A DNA stretch of 63,883 bases, counting the filler, from Phoronis australis (lineage: Eukaryota; Animalia; Phoronida), in assembly GCA_002633005.1 (NCBI GenBank). It is 6 parts of 6 records of this genome, joined end to end, with 100 filler letters (N's around TTAATTAATTAA, not from the genome) between each part and the next. Parts side by side here need not be neighbours in the genome. Positions count along the whole stretch, not along the records: positions 33,270 to 53,497 come from NMRA01001429.1; positions 53,598 to 57,067 come from NMRA01001441.1; positions 57,168 to 60,591 come from NMRA01003028.1; positions 60,692 to 63,883 come from NMRA01003154.1; 2 more parts are not named here. One strand, 5' to 3'. The notes under the pieces are model-generated. The model saw only the letters and a program-made list of their open reading frames with translations, made no database searches and had not been told where the DNA came from. Within the stretch, counting starts at the first letter, position 1; each line of letters begins with the position of its first letter. The translations under genes and the position numbers were made by a program. Below, in pieces: positions 52,464-63,883 of the stretch.

Positions 52464-53597
52464 TTAACATGTTCATGTACGTACATTATAACTCCCGTGA
52501 ATAGGTTGAACTAGTGGGCCAGACAGGGATATATGCTAAAATACTCATTGCCATTGCGTAATACACTGGCACACTAGTACTACTAACAGTAGTTAGGAGC
52601 AAAGAAATACAGTCAGGCGGTGCCATTCAGCAGTGCGCTTGACTGCCGTCATCGTACAGTGGTACGGAGTATTCACTTATTTCTGAGGGTGCTTGTTGCT
52701 GTGAAATTAGGATTATACCCACACACTTTTGTATAGTCAGCAAGATAAAACCTCACCCTTTTGTGAGTAGGCACAGTCATTAAAACTGACCCATTTTGGT
52801 GGCAGTCTCTATAGAAAAGTCAACTTTTTCTATAACATAATTATGCAGGCATTATTTACAGGGAATTAAATTTCAGCAAAAAGCTCTCCGGGCTTTATTC
52901 TTCTTAACACAACAAGCCTCAGTTGTATATGAAACCATTCAGTAGTTCTGGTGCAAAACTGGTAAGGACCATTTCATATAATTCCAACCGACAAAAAAGT
53001 AAATCTTTTTGTGTTGAATTTATTTGGAAACACATCCTTTCATGGTGACACTTGCAATGCCCAAGTCACTGGTCAGAGTGGCACATTTGGTCATATGCCA
53101 TCTATGCAAGTCTCTCTCTCTCTCCTGGACCTTGACTCGCCGCCTGTTTCACTTTTTTACTTTCCATGTTCACATGATGTCAAGTGTTGCAGTTTGCAAC
53201 AATCATTAGTTAACTTCAGTCTAATTGCAAAACAACGTCCAAGAACTATGCCAACGTATTCTGAAACTACTAGGTTCGCTGTAATTAAGGCATCCTGGAG
53301 TTAGACATTGTAAGCAAGCGAACTTTCTAAACCTGGTTCGTTGAAATGACTGTATTTGCAAAAACATCTCAAAATTGTGGCCTCAGCGTACTTCAAAGGT
53401 TTTAAGTAGGGTCACTTAACCCACAAGAGCAACGCGGAGCGTTGAAATGCGCCCACAATTGCACCGCATACGGTATCCTTCTAGGGTTGTTTATTGGNNN
53501 NNNNNNNNNNNNNNNNNNNNNNNNNNNNNNNNNNNNNNNNNTTAATTAATTAANNNNNNNNNNNNNNNNNNNNNNNNNNNNNNNNNNNNNNNNNNNN

Positions 53598-55943
53598 AAA
53601 ATTAAAGATCTAGTCGCCCCCAACGTGTGACCCATTATTTCGAATTTTTAGTAGCTTGGCAGACTGTTTGTGGTTTATTCAAAGTCTTTGGGCTAAAGCT
53701 GATAACATGTATACTTATATTTTTCTTCGTTTTCAAGTTATTCGGTCGAATTTGTACTACAAAAATACCTAAGTTTACGTAGGACTATAGAAAATATTCC
53801 AATTATGCCCAATTACGGAACATCATACCTCAGAAATTGACTGTAGGATTCCCATGAAACGTACAGGTACTTGTAAACTGGTAAAGAATTGTTTTTAAAA
53901 CGTTCCACTTTTGCACGAGGGTTTATCGAAAATAGTACTGATGTGATTTTTAAGAACAAGTAACATTGCGTAAAACGGAAACGAAACGATAGTCAAGAAA
54001 ACTGTAACAAGGTTTTTGAGATTTTATCTTGAACAATTTTTTGCTATGATGTACCTTGCTTTTTGCTTTTTTATTAAATTTTACTAAAAAAATTGGTTGC
54101 ATGACCTAATTAGTGGCAGACTGGTATAAAGTAAAGTCAAAAATCAAATTATACGGATTTTTTACTTTCAGAAAATGTATACCTCTAATGAGTTCACACT
54201 CGAACTGTCATCCTCAACGATGAGTTCATTAAGTTCAAACTAGAATTAGCTTTCCATATAAGATACCATGTACTCGAGCATAGAATTGTGGACACTTATC
54301 TTGAGCTTTCACAAAAGTAGAATGGAAAATGCCAAAAATAATTTCGAGTTCGATCTTGAGTAAAATGATTGGACCTTGGACATTGCCCTCCTGGAATGTA
54401 CTTCAAAAATACGTTTTGTTATTCGTTTAATGAGATTAGGAAACTAAAGAAGACTGTACATTGCCGAAGGCTGGTCTTTGATCGGACTAATTCATCAGTT
54501 GATATTTAGCGCACTCTAGAATGATTTCATTACAATAGCAATGTGGTAGAAAACAGTCCAATTTTTCAGGCTGCTTGCTTTAGTGTGATTTAAGACAAAT
54601 AAACAAAGAACCCTTGTCTTACCAAATTCCAATAGGTCAACTCAATACTTGTGAGCTATCTACGGTTATAGCTAGGAGCTACGCGTACTGTCTCTTCACG
54701 TCTACCTCGTCTCACTTTGGCACAGTATCTGTCGTCTTCGATCTGGTCGAATGAATATATATTTGTTTGGAATCAATAGACCTACAAATGCCTTGACAAC
54801 GCTTTGTCAATAAACGTTTTTTTGTTATTTGACTTAGCCATGAATACTCACACACAATAGCTTTTAACTGAGTTGGCTTCCAAGAATCAACAGTAAAGAG
54901 AAAGCGAAACTTTCTTGTCTACAACTGTTTTTGGCAACAGCCGGTTTTTTGCTACCCTACTGGGCCAACTTCAAAAATGCTCTCAGCCAGTTGTTTCGTG
55001 TCTCGGCAGATTGTTTCACTTAACATTCGAATGAGCGCTTGTTCCAGGAGCATGACGTTGTATTTAAACAGTTTAAGGAAAAGTGTTGTCAAGATAGTTA
55101 TACGTTTTTTAATGTAAGTTCTAAATAGAAAAGGCATCTTTATTCCCTCAACGTTTTTGTTAGCCATTGAGTAGATATTGGATGCAGCCTTGAGTGTTGA
55201 GTGTAAAGGTTTCGACATTATTTTTGAGGGTGTCCTGAGTAGTGCACTATGGTGGTATAACTGTTTTCACAACTGTGACTATAATCACAGGCCTGGAATT
55301 TGAAGTTCGGTAGAAAACACAAGTGCTGAAACAGTTCAGAGTTGCAAGAAAAAAAGTTAAGGATCTAGTCGACCCAAACGTCTGACCCATCATTCCGAAT
55401 TTTTAGTACCTTGGCAGACTGTTTGTGGTTTATTCAAATTTTTTTTTGGGCTGAAAGTGGTAACATGTATACTTATATTTTTCTTCTTTTTCAAGTTCCA
55501 TCGAATTCGTACTACAAAAAATACCTATGTTTACGTACGACCACAGAAAATATTCTAATTATGCCCAATTTTGGATCATCATACCTCAGAAATGTGGTGT
55601 AGGGTTCCCATGAAACGAACTGGTACTGGTAAGCTGGAAAGGAATTGTTTTTAAAATGTTCCAATTTTGCACGAGGGTTTATCGAAGAATAATACTGGTG
55701 TGATTTTTTAAAAAAACGGCATTGCGTAAAACGGAAACCAAACGATAATTTAGAAAACGGTAACAAGGTTTTTGAGATTTTATCTTGAACAATTTTTTGC
55801 TTTGATGTACCTTGATTTTTGACTAAATTATACTAAAAAGCGTTGTCGGTTGACCTCATTAGTGGCAGATTGCTATAAAGCAATGTCGAAAATCAAATTC
55901 TACGGAATTTTCACTTTCAGAAAATGTATACTTCTAATGAGTT
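53598..55943. repeat. About 590-bp diverged direct repeat (53598-54193 and about 55354-55943)
   Basis: Both copies run from ttaa.gatctagtcg to cagaaaatgtatac.tctaatgagtt. Confidence 0.9.
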
Positions 55944-57516
55944 AATATCTATAGTTTTCTAGACACTTGGCTAAAACGCAAACCTGTCAATAAGATCCAA
56001 CAACAAAAACTTAAGGAGACTTTGAAGCCTTGGACCGAGCATACTTCCACTTTCAATCTTTATGCGCCGTGTGGAGACGAGGAAAACTGTATTCAAGCTG
56101 ATTGAAACTAGTCTCCTTACTACAGTTCTAATTATTGATTTACCTTTTACTAGCCAAACATCAAAGCTAAAAAGCCAACCCTTTTATTGAGTGCGCAGAC
56201 TATGAAAGTGTTAAAGGTGCTACATGTATGCCGCATTAAATGTTATCTTGACAACGGTAATTTATCGACAAATTGTTTCTTTTCCTGATTATACTTCTAC
56301 TTACAGTTCTTCAGGAATTCCCAAAATGGCACTTGCTACAACTTTAAAAATTCACTGACATAGCATCTTCAAGGATTAAATTTTATCGATAATTGTTTAA
56401 GTATTAACTGTAAACCCAATTAAAAATATGACTGTAGAGTACTGCGGTATTGTGTGCATACAATTAATGACTAGATGTCTGTAACTATGAGACTGTGTTA
56501 TTACTAAAAAGTCTGTATTCTTCATGAGGACTGGCACGAGTTTTCGCATGAAACTTTCGAATTACATGTATGTTTCTTTACTCTATTGGGAATTTAAGGC
56601 CTTCTTACCGACGTCAATACTCCTGAAACTAACGGAAATCGCCACTTTTAACAGTCTAGATGTAGGGTTGAAAAAATAACATTTGTTTGTGGAAAATACG
56701 GCGATCACCCTGAAAAATCCCGATTTTTTACAATAAAAGCACCATCATGTGATTATGAAAACATGGCCATTGCTTTTGCGTACCTAATAAGATTAAGATT
56801 CTGTGATAATCAAGGATTTTGAAAATATGTTTGCATAGGTGCATTATTAAGTCAACCTTGCTAACGAAGGTAGCAGAGTACCTGAGCACCAATGCCGCGA
56901 GTAAAGCTAGTGGTGCCAAGTGTTCCCTTGTAATGCATGGCGACCGTGGAGACGTGCGTGCTCTTGCGTTTTTCGAGTGTATTTTCTACAGAATGGGCTC
57001 TTAACATCCACAAGCATTTACGATTGTATTGGCTGGCCTCGGTCAGTGCGGCCTTATGCATTTTCGTNNNNNNNNNNNNNNNNNNNNNNNNNNNNNNNNN
57101 NNNNNNNNNNNTTAATTAATTAANNNNNNNNNNNNNNNNNNNNNNNNNNNNNNNNNNNNNNNNNNNNGTAGAACAGCAAAGAAGTCTGTTGTGTTTTTAT
57201 CTGCCAAAATTGTCAATTACCAACGCAGGATTCTAGTCATTCCGTAGCATTGACCAGAATCAAGGCAGTCAGTAGCAGCAATTAAATCCACTAATAGAAT
57301 ACTCAGCTACTTGGCTACATGTTGGCTTTTTGAGTTAAGTGTAAGATTTGGACCACTAAGGTTTTCAAGGTTCGAATCCACCTTGAGACATAACATTGTC
57401 GCTGATAACGTCACTTAACAGCAAAAAATATTCTATCATACTTTCAACGATTTTGCACTCAAGACTTAGAAAAGTGGTGTTTAGATGTTCTAGATCCCTT
57501 CAATCTCCCTCTGCAG

Positions 57517-60500
57517 GTGTCTACATTGGTTGGAGATGCCCAGAGTTCAAACATGACTGTCAACGTGTGGGCACCATGTCCAAGTGTTTCTGTGGTCATT
57601 TACTTGGAGAGCACAAACAGTTTACAGGTAATATCGACAGTGTACCTTACTTTGATGTATTCCCAACATGACTAACCCTGTCTTGTGAAAATTTGGTTGT
57701 ACGCTGTCCAGTTGGTCACGTGTTTGGCTTGTTTGCCAATGCAACCTCATTAGCCGGTTTTAACTGAACTTAAAACTTCTGTATATTGCATAATCTTAAA
57801 GTGACATGAATCTTCTGATTACCGGCCCTTAACAACTGGCATCATTCATGACATTTGCCACTAAAAATGAGACACTGATTAAAATACATCAGTCTTGACA
57901 GTGTTGACCCACCTTGTGATGTGTCTCAATTCCATTTAATGGCATACAACAATGGCTAGACCTAGGAACATTTAGAAACTAACCAATATTTCTACCGGTT
58001 CGTGTTTAGGCCATATGTGTGGTTGTGTGATGGAAAGGGCTGGGCGACCGATCTGTTACATGATTGAGTTATATGTGGATATTCTCATGTGCAATACAAC
58101 AGAGTTCGATTGGTAGCATAAGTCGCCATTTCGTATTCCGACGCAAACGCTTCCTATTGGAGCACCACCATTGCTGGGTGACTGGATGCTGTTTGATGTC
58201 TGTAAGATGGCAGTGGGCGGCCAATAGGATGGCAGTGGGCGGCCAATAGGATGGCACTGGGCGGCCAATGGGATGGCACTGGGCGGCCAATAGGATGGCA
58301 CTGGGCTGCCAATAGAATAGCACTGGGCGGCCATCAAGGTGGCACTGGGCGGCCAATAGGATGGCACTGGGCCGCCAATAGGATGGCACTGGGCGACCAA
58401 TAGCATGGCACTGGGCGGCCAATAGGATGGCCCTGGGAGGCCAAGTTATCACCTGATTGCTAGGTGAAAGGATTCTTTGTGCTATTCTACAGGTGTCTAC
58501 ATGCCACTTCATTGTCACCGTTCAAGTAAATATTTGTCAATTGTACTGTTAGCAGGAAGGAGTCCATTTACTAGGTGTTTGCATTATTACATGACCATCC
58601 ACAGGTAAAAGCCTCCAGGTGCCATGTGCTCAAGCCTGCTGCAAGTGTCGCTCGTTCCAGTGGATTCCATCTCGACCTGAAGAGGTGGGCGAGTTCTGGT
58701 TCCAACGCCGTCGAAACTTTGACCCGAGCCAGTGGAGGGCTAAGTGCAAGTGTAAACATCCACATGACCAGCACTGTGCTATGATGAAAAGATGTCAAGC
58801 TAAAGGTTTGACATATTTGCTTCCCTGATACAAGGCTGCAGCAAGTACTGTCTGTTTGTGTTTGCTCAGCTGTAAAATTTACACACTTGGTCAATTTATG
58901 GTACCCGTCAAAAACACCGAAATCTCCCTTTAAAGGAATAAGTAATCATACAATTTGCTTAAATATGTGTCGTGCATGGCAAATGCCTGTGTTTAAACTA
59001 AATTTTGGAAAGTTTAACTTTTAATCCTCCTTGCAAGCTACACCACCTTCAAATCGCGGGGTAAGTTGAATGCCACTTCGCTGTCCCCACAGTCATTTAC
59101 ATCCCATCGTTCCATCCTGGCCAATATGTGTCAAAGCAAATCTCCAGCGAACACATCTTCAGTAAGAATGACTTTTTCTAAGCTACCTTTAAAGTCAATT
59201 TCCAAGCTATTAAATAAATCTACATGCTGTGTTATTCTTGGAAAAAGTTGCAGATGTGAATACTGCTGGCTGCTCTGGTTTGATTACTAGTTCTCTACAA
59301 ATAATGTTTGACAAATCAATTTCAAAATTGAACCTTTATTTAATATCCAAAACTATACCAATATCCAATATTAGGAAATTTCCATTCCACGTGACCACTA
59401 ATTTATGAGTTGTCGATTGTTGACTCGTCTCTACTGAAGCATAAGCTTATGATAAAATTCATATGTCGGAGCATCTCTGAACTCAGACACTGACAGTTCA
59501 GCAGTATTGCGATAATTGTGATTGGTTGACGTGGCATTGCGTAATATTATAACCTTAGTTAGATGTAGCAGTTGGGTCCGATTTATACAACTTTCCGTGT
59601 AATTCAATATACATAAAATCTTAACTGATATAGTGACCTAGAATTTACCCCGTGATGGCTCGGCTTCAAAACGGGAGTTCTTGTCCAGACCTCTTCAAGT
59701 CAACTTCCTCGCCAGTATTGTTAGAGTGACAGGTTATGATCTGTCTGATTATTTTTGGCCCATGCCATTAGTTTTGGTTAAACTTTTGGTTTGCATGGCA
59801 GCGTTTTCCCGTTCAGTGACTTTACCAGACGTAGGTGGTTCTGAGCCTGTGATAACATCTTGCTTCTTTGTTAATTGCCAAGCACACTCTTTTGCCTGTT
59901 ACGACAACAAGCTGGCCACTTATCTACCAGGCTTATTACAGGCCACATGTGAACACAGTCAAACTCAGAGTGAATTGGTGTATTCGGAAAGAATAGATTG
60001 CCGTAACTTCGGTTGCAGTTGGTGATTTTGGCGATTCAAAAACTAAACATGATCACCATTTGACAAATAATTCAGAAATGCTATTGGTTTATGTTCAAAT
60101 AATTATGTTATAACTTAACTTTGATTTTAACAGCACAGCCGAGTCAGGGTAGATACAATCTTATTGGAGATTAGAGCAATTATCGAACAAAAGAGAACTG
60201 GCCCTCCAACCATAAATGCCAGAATGGAGTTAATCAGTCGAGTAAGATATTGGCTAAGGGGTTTGTTGGGCTACAGAATCGAAGTTGGGAGCAAGGGGAA
60301 AACGCCTAATAAGAACTGTTTCATACCACCCTGTACTCACCAAGGACATGTAGCGAATCACCCTGTACTCACCAAGGGTATCTTGCCAATCTCTCCGCAG
60401 GTTGTGGATGCAGCCATTTCATTTCTAACTTCCTGTGTGCCGCCTGCGACCGACACTGGGAGGACCACGAAACATTCTTTGAAACGGAAGATATGAGAAA

Positions 60501-60520
60501 AATGGCAGGACTTCCCTACG
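57517..60520 (+). CDS. FAM221B: FAM221B-like protein, three internal exons: 57517-57627, 58605-58805, 60401-60520
   Basis: GVYIGWRCPEFKHDCQRVG..KCFCGHLL | ..IPSRPEEVGEFW..RR.FDP..WRAKCKCKH.H | GCGCSHFISNFLCAACDRHWEDHETFF; all phase-1 GT-AG junctions; matches recalled FAM221B. Confidence 0.9.
58207..58445. repeat. 22-bp intronic minisatellite (about 11 copies)
   Basis: Unit gatggcactgggcggccaatag. Confidence 0.95.
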
Positions 60521-63500
60521 GTTTGTGAAATTCTTTTTCAAGAAAGGAATTGGTTACCTCCGGGTGAAAGTTATTCCACATATATCTCATGNNNNNNNNN
60601 NNNNNNNNNNNNNNNNNNNNNNNNNNNNNNNNNNNTTAATTAATTAANNNNNNNNNNNNNNNNNNNNNNNNNNNNNNNNNNNNNNNNNNNNGTAGACTGC
60701 CTCTGGATCAAAGGGTCAGAGGTCCTTAAGAGAAGTGCATGATGGGAGCTGGAAAAACCGTTTACAAGGCGGTCAGAACACACTGAAGTGTGGGTTAAAG
60801 TAAACCTTCTAACTAGCCCTGTTTTTAGGGGCAAGGCGAAAAAATTCCTTCCAAATTTGTTTGGCAGTCCCTTCGTGCCACCTTACACGTAACCTGTCAC
60901 TTAACATTGTGTAATCCTGTTTAACTATTTACTTGCATCCAGTATGAGTGAAACACTGACTTATTCTTAAGGGGATTCCGTCACTCAGTGGCTGAATTCA
61001 GTTCAGAATCTTTCAGTTTCTTAAAGAAGTTGGTGTCCCTTTTTGGAAATTAGTCGGCCTGTTATAACGATAAATATCGAGTGACCTGTGGGCTAATTTG
61101 AGAGGATTTTAAACTGCTGATAAGCTGCCGCTTTGGTGAGGGATAGATATGCTGAACTTATGTTCAAACTTCAAACAGGTTATCCTTCAATCCAATGATA
61201 CTTTTTTCCTTTATCGATCCTTTGGGTACACATGTTGGTCTGCAGTATGCCTAGACACCTGTGCCTGCATATAAAGAACAGGACATTTGTGTTGGCGTTT
61301 ATTAGAACAGTCACATCAGTCACCTACCCATTTACATGTTTTACCAATCACAGGTGCAGTATGTGCAAACGATCAATGCCCATTTGTTAACGTTCCCTTA
61401 GAATAATGTTAAGAATCACTTAAACATGGCACTTAATTGCATGGGTTGAGTACCCAAATATCTGGGTTGCACTCCAAAAGAAGGTGAGTTTTCAAGTTCA
61501 GAGCCCAGAAATCACGTCTTATCTGAACAAGTACTAGAACAAGACGAGATCGATTTCTAAGTACTTCAAATCACTAAAGTTGTTTTATGACAGAAATGAA
61601 ACCTAGCCTCATTTTGACTGCAGTGCGCCGCAAAGTCGTTCTCAAGTTTGACAGCATGATCGCCACTGTAGTGTACGTACTGACACATATATGTTAAAAA
61701 CTTGACTTCAGAAAACCTGAGGGTTTCAATGTTTTATGACATTACTCCAGTACAAAGTGCTTATAGGCTGTAAAACCACTCTCCCCCACTCAGTGACTTT
61801 TCCAAGCTGGCCTCGGTGTTTTTGAGAACACTCTCTCTCTATCTCGATCCTTTGGGCAAGTTGTGCCGTCCACATACATGTACATACTTGCCCTAAAACA
61901 AGTTATTAGGTCTAATAGTCCTGTCTCGCGTAGTCCACAACGACAGTCCTCAAACCCAGCAACACCTCGTTCCAGGAATAACTAGTTCCAGAGTAAGTCT
62001 GCGTGTGCCGACGCGGCACTTTATTCCTAGCTCCTTATAGGGTAACTAGTTCTAGGGTAACTTGCGCCACGTCTAGTGGTGGCCGCAATCCCGGGGCCAG
62101 GCCGAAAGCAATAATCAGCTGCGGGCTTTTTGCGCGGCATATTCCGGCGCACCAGTTGTTCATTCTCAAGCTCACAACGAAAGCTTCCGCCTTTGATAAG
62201 CCAGTGTGTGGACGCTACCGACACTCAAAGAGCGGGGGCAATTGCACTAGTACAATTTGTTCTAGCTAGAGCACTGAGTCTTTGTTTAGACGGGCCTTAA
62301 TTTTCTAGCTGCGCCCTCACGTCAAAAATAATCTTCCGTCGATTATTAGTAAGCTGCCAGCATCGCATGGTTTCAGCCCACAACTCCGAAGGCTCACTGA
62401 CTCCGAAAAAAAACACTACTTCGTACAACGAAGCCATTATTCCGAACAACTGGCATTACTCCGAAGGCCCACTATATTCCAAAAAAAAACACTACTCGGA
62501 AGAAACCCACGTCAGTTCCAAATATGAACGCATTTATTTTTTCATTATACAACATTAATTACTAAGTAAGCCAACAAAAAAGTAGCAATTAATCCACTCG
62601 CCGAAATTGGAAGAAAATTGTTTTCTGTCGGCGAATATCTGCGCTTGTGCACGAGGTTCATCATAGTGCTGTCTGTCTGTGGGACTGAATAAGTTCAAAG
62701 ATTTTCACTTGAAAATGGCCAACGGGCCGCGCTGTGTCGCGCTGGCTGTTGCCGTCGGACTGATTCACATATAAAGTCGGTTGCCAGCCAATTTGCCCTT
62801 TTGGGAGTTATCAGGGCGGTGTATCGAACTGCTGTGTACCTTCTAGGTTCATATAACGCGTGTTCCAACAGAAATGAGTCCCTCCCATGCGCGGACATAA
62901 CGCTAAATCGTCGTGAGAGACCGTCCGGAATTGGTATATGGTGCAACCGGCTCTGGACGGTCTGGGGTTAACAGAAAACCACAGTTCAACTGTGAGTCTA
63001 CACCAATGTGATGAACGAGTCTACTTGCTGCGTCAGCTGCAGGTATGCTTATCTCTTTTATGCCACACAATGTTTTACTGGTAAAGCATTTTCTAAATAA
63101 TGTGGATAAATCAGTGGAGTGTGAGACCCCTGAGGTTCCTGTCAAGTCCTCATGGATCCAGGATTTTGAGTTGGGGGCCGGACAATTACTTAGGCAGAGT
63201 ATTAGCCAGTATTTTGCCCGTCACTGAGACACCATTTTCGCAACTCCCGAACTGCCAAATGGAATCTGAGAGATGATTTTAGAGCGGTGGTATGGCCCCC
63301 TTAGTGGCTCCCCTTAATCCACCACTGCCCTCATCGCGCCTTCTTTGAAATCTGAGCTGACCACAAGCGGCCGCGGACAATAAGCCTACAAATCATCGCA
63401 ACTATGTAGATTGTCATGCCCAACATTTCGCTTTAACTGAGACGAAAGTGTACGTAGTTGCGCTGATTTAAATTTCTTTCTATGACTTGGCCAAAATCTG

Positions 63501-63883
63501 ATTTTATCAATGCTAAAACCGTACATTGCTTGCCGGTGTGGTTTGCTAGTTTACAATTACTGAAACTTTGTCGAGTACTTAATTGACAGCTGAAAAGCAT
63601 TCACTTACAACAAAAAGTATTTTCTTAGTAAAAGAGCATTACGGAGGTCTTTGGAAAAGTACAGCTACAGGTAATATGAGTTAAATTCGGCTCCATTGCT
63701 AAGGCGGACCCAAAATCCCGCCGCGGGGTGCCGCCGGGGTACGGGTATGGTCATTCTGTATGAGTCCACTTACTACCGGGGACCGATCTAGTGGGAGTGC
63801 ATTCAGGGTCGGATCCAGGATTTTGAGTTAGGGGGGAGCCAGGGCAGAGTATTAGCCAGGATTTTGGCCGTCAGACATTTGAA

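Noticed and set aside
52470-53497. Search for MAO exon 1 (GxGxxG motif)
   Set aside because: No matching exon with a phase-1 donor found; probably beyond the scaffold end, so not evidence of pseudogenisation.
57345-57385. tRNA-like GGTTCGAATCC
   Set aside because: No cloverleaf or acceptor stem; isolated B-box, possibly a SINE remnant.
58056-58518. Repetitive ORFs on the minus strand
   Set aside because: Translations of the 22-bp intronic minisatellite.

Overview
AT-rich, intron-containing invertebrate (metazoan) genomic DNA, not prokaryotic. The window is six unlinked scaffolds joined by artificial 100-bp N-TTAATTAATTAA-N spacers: 1-27115, 27216-33169, 33270-53497, 53598-57067, 57168-60591 and 60692-63883. 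Host genes are the 3' part of the kinase DSTYK (minus), a split TRIM-NHL gene, a 12-exon monoamine oxidase (minus, first exon missing, one GC-AG intron) and three exons of FAM221B. Most of the rest is non-coding DNA with DNA-transposon debris (P-like, Kolobok-like, mariner, MITEs), LINE/SINE fossils and minisatellites. The most unusual signals are: (1) the 27-kb first scaffold is circularly permuted through DSTYK, with a junction inside an exon, suggesting a tandem amplicon or circle that carries the TRIM-NHL gene; (2) a 46-bp minisatellite built from the DSTYK exon end plus a splice donor; (3) a 3.0-kb P-like element carrying an intact small PHD-like ORF and two nested MITEs with 5-bp TSDs. 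All calls come from manual reading and recalled family motifs; no searches were run.
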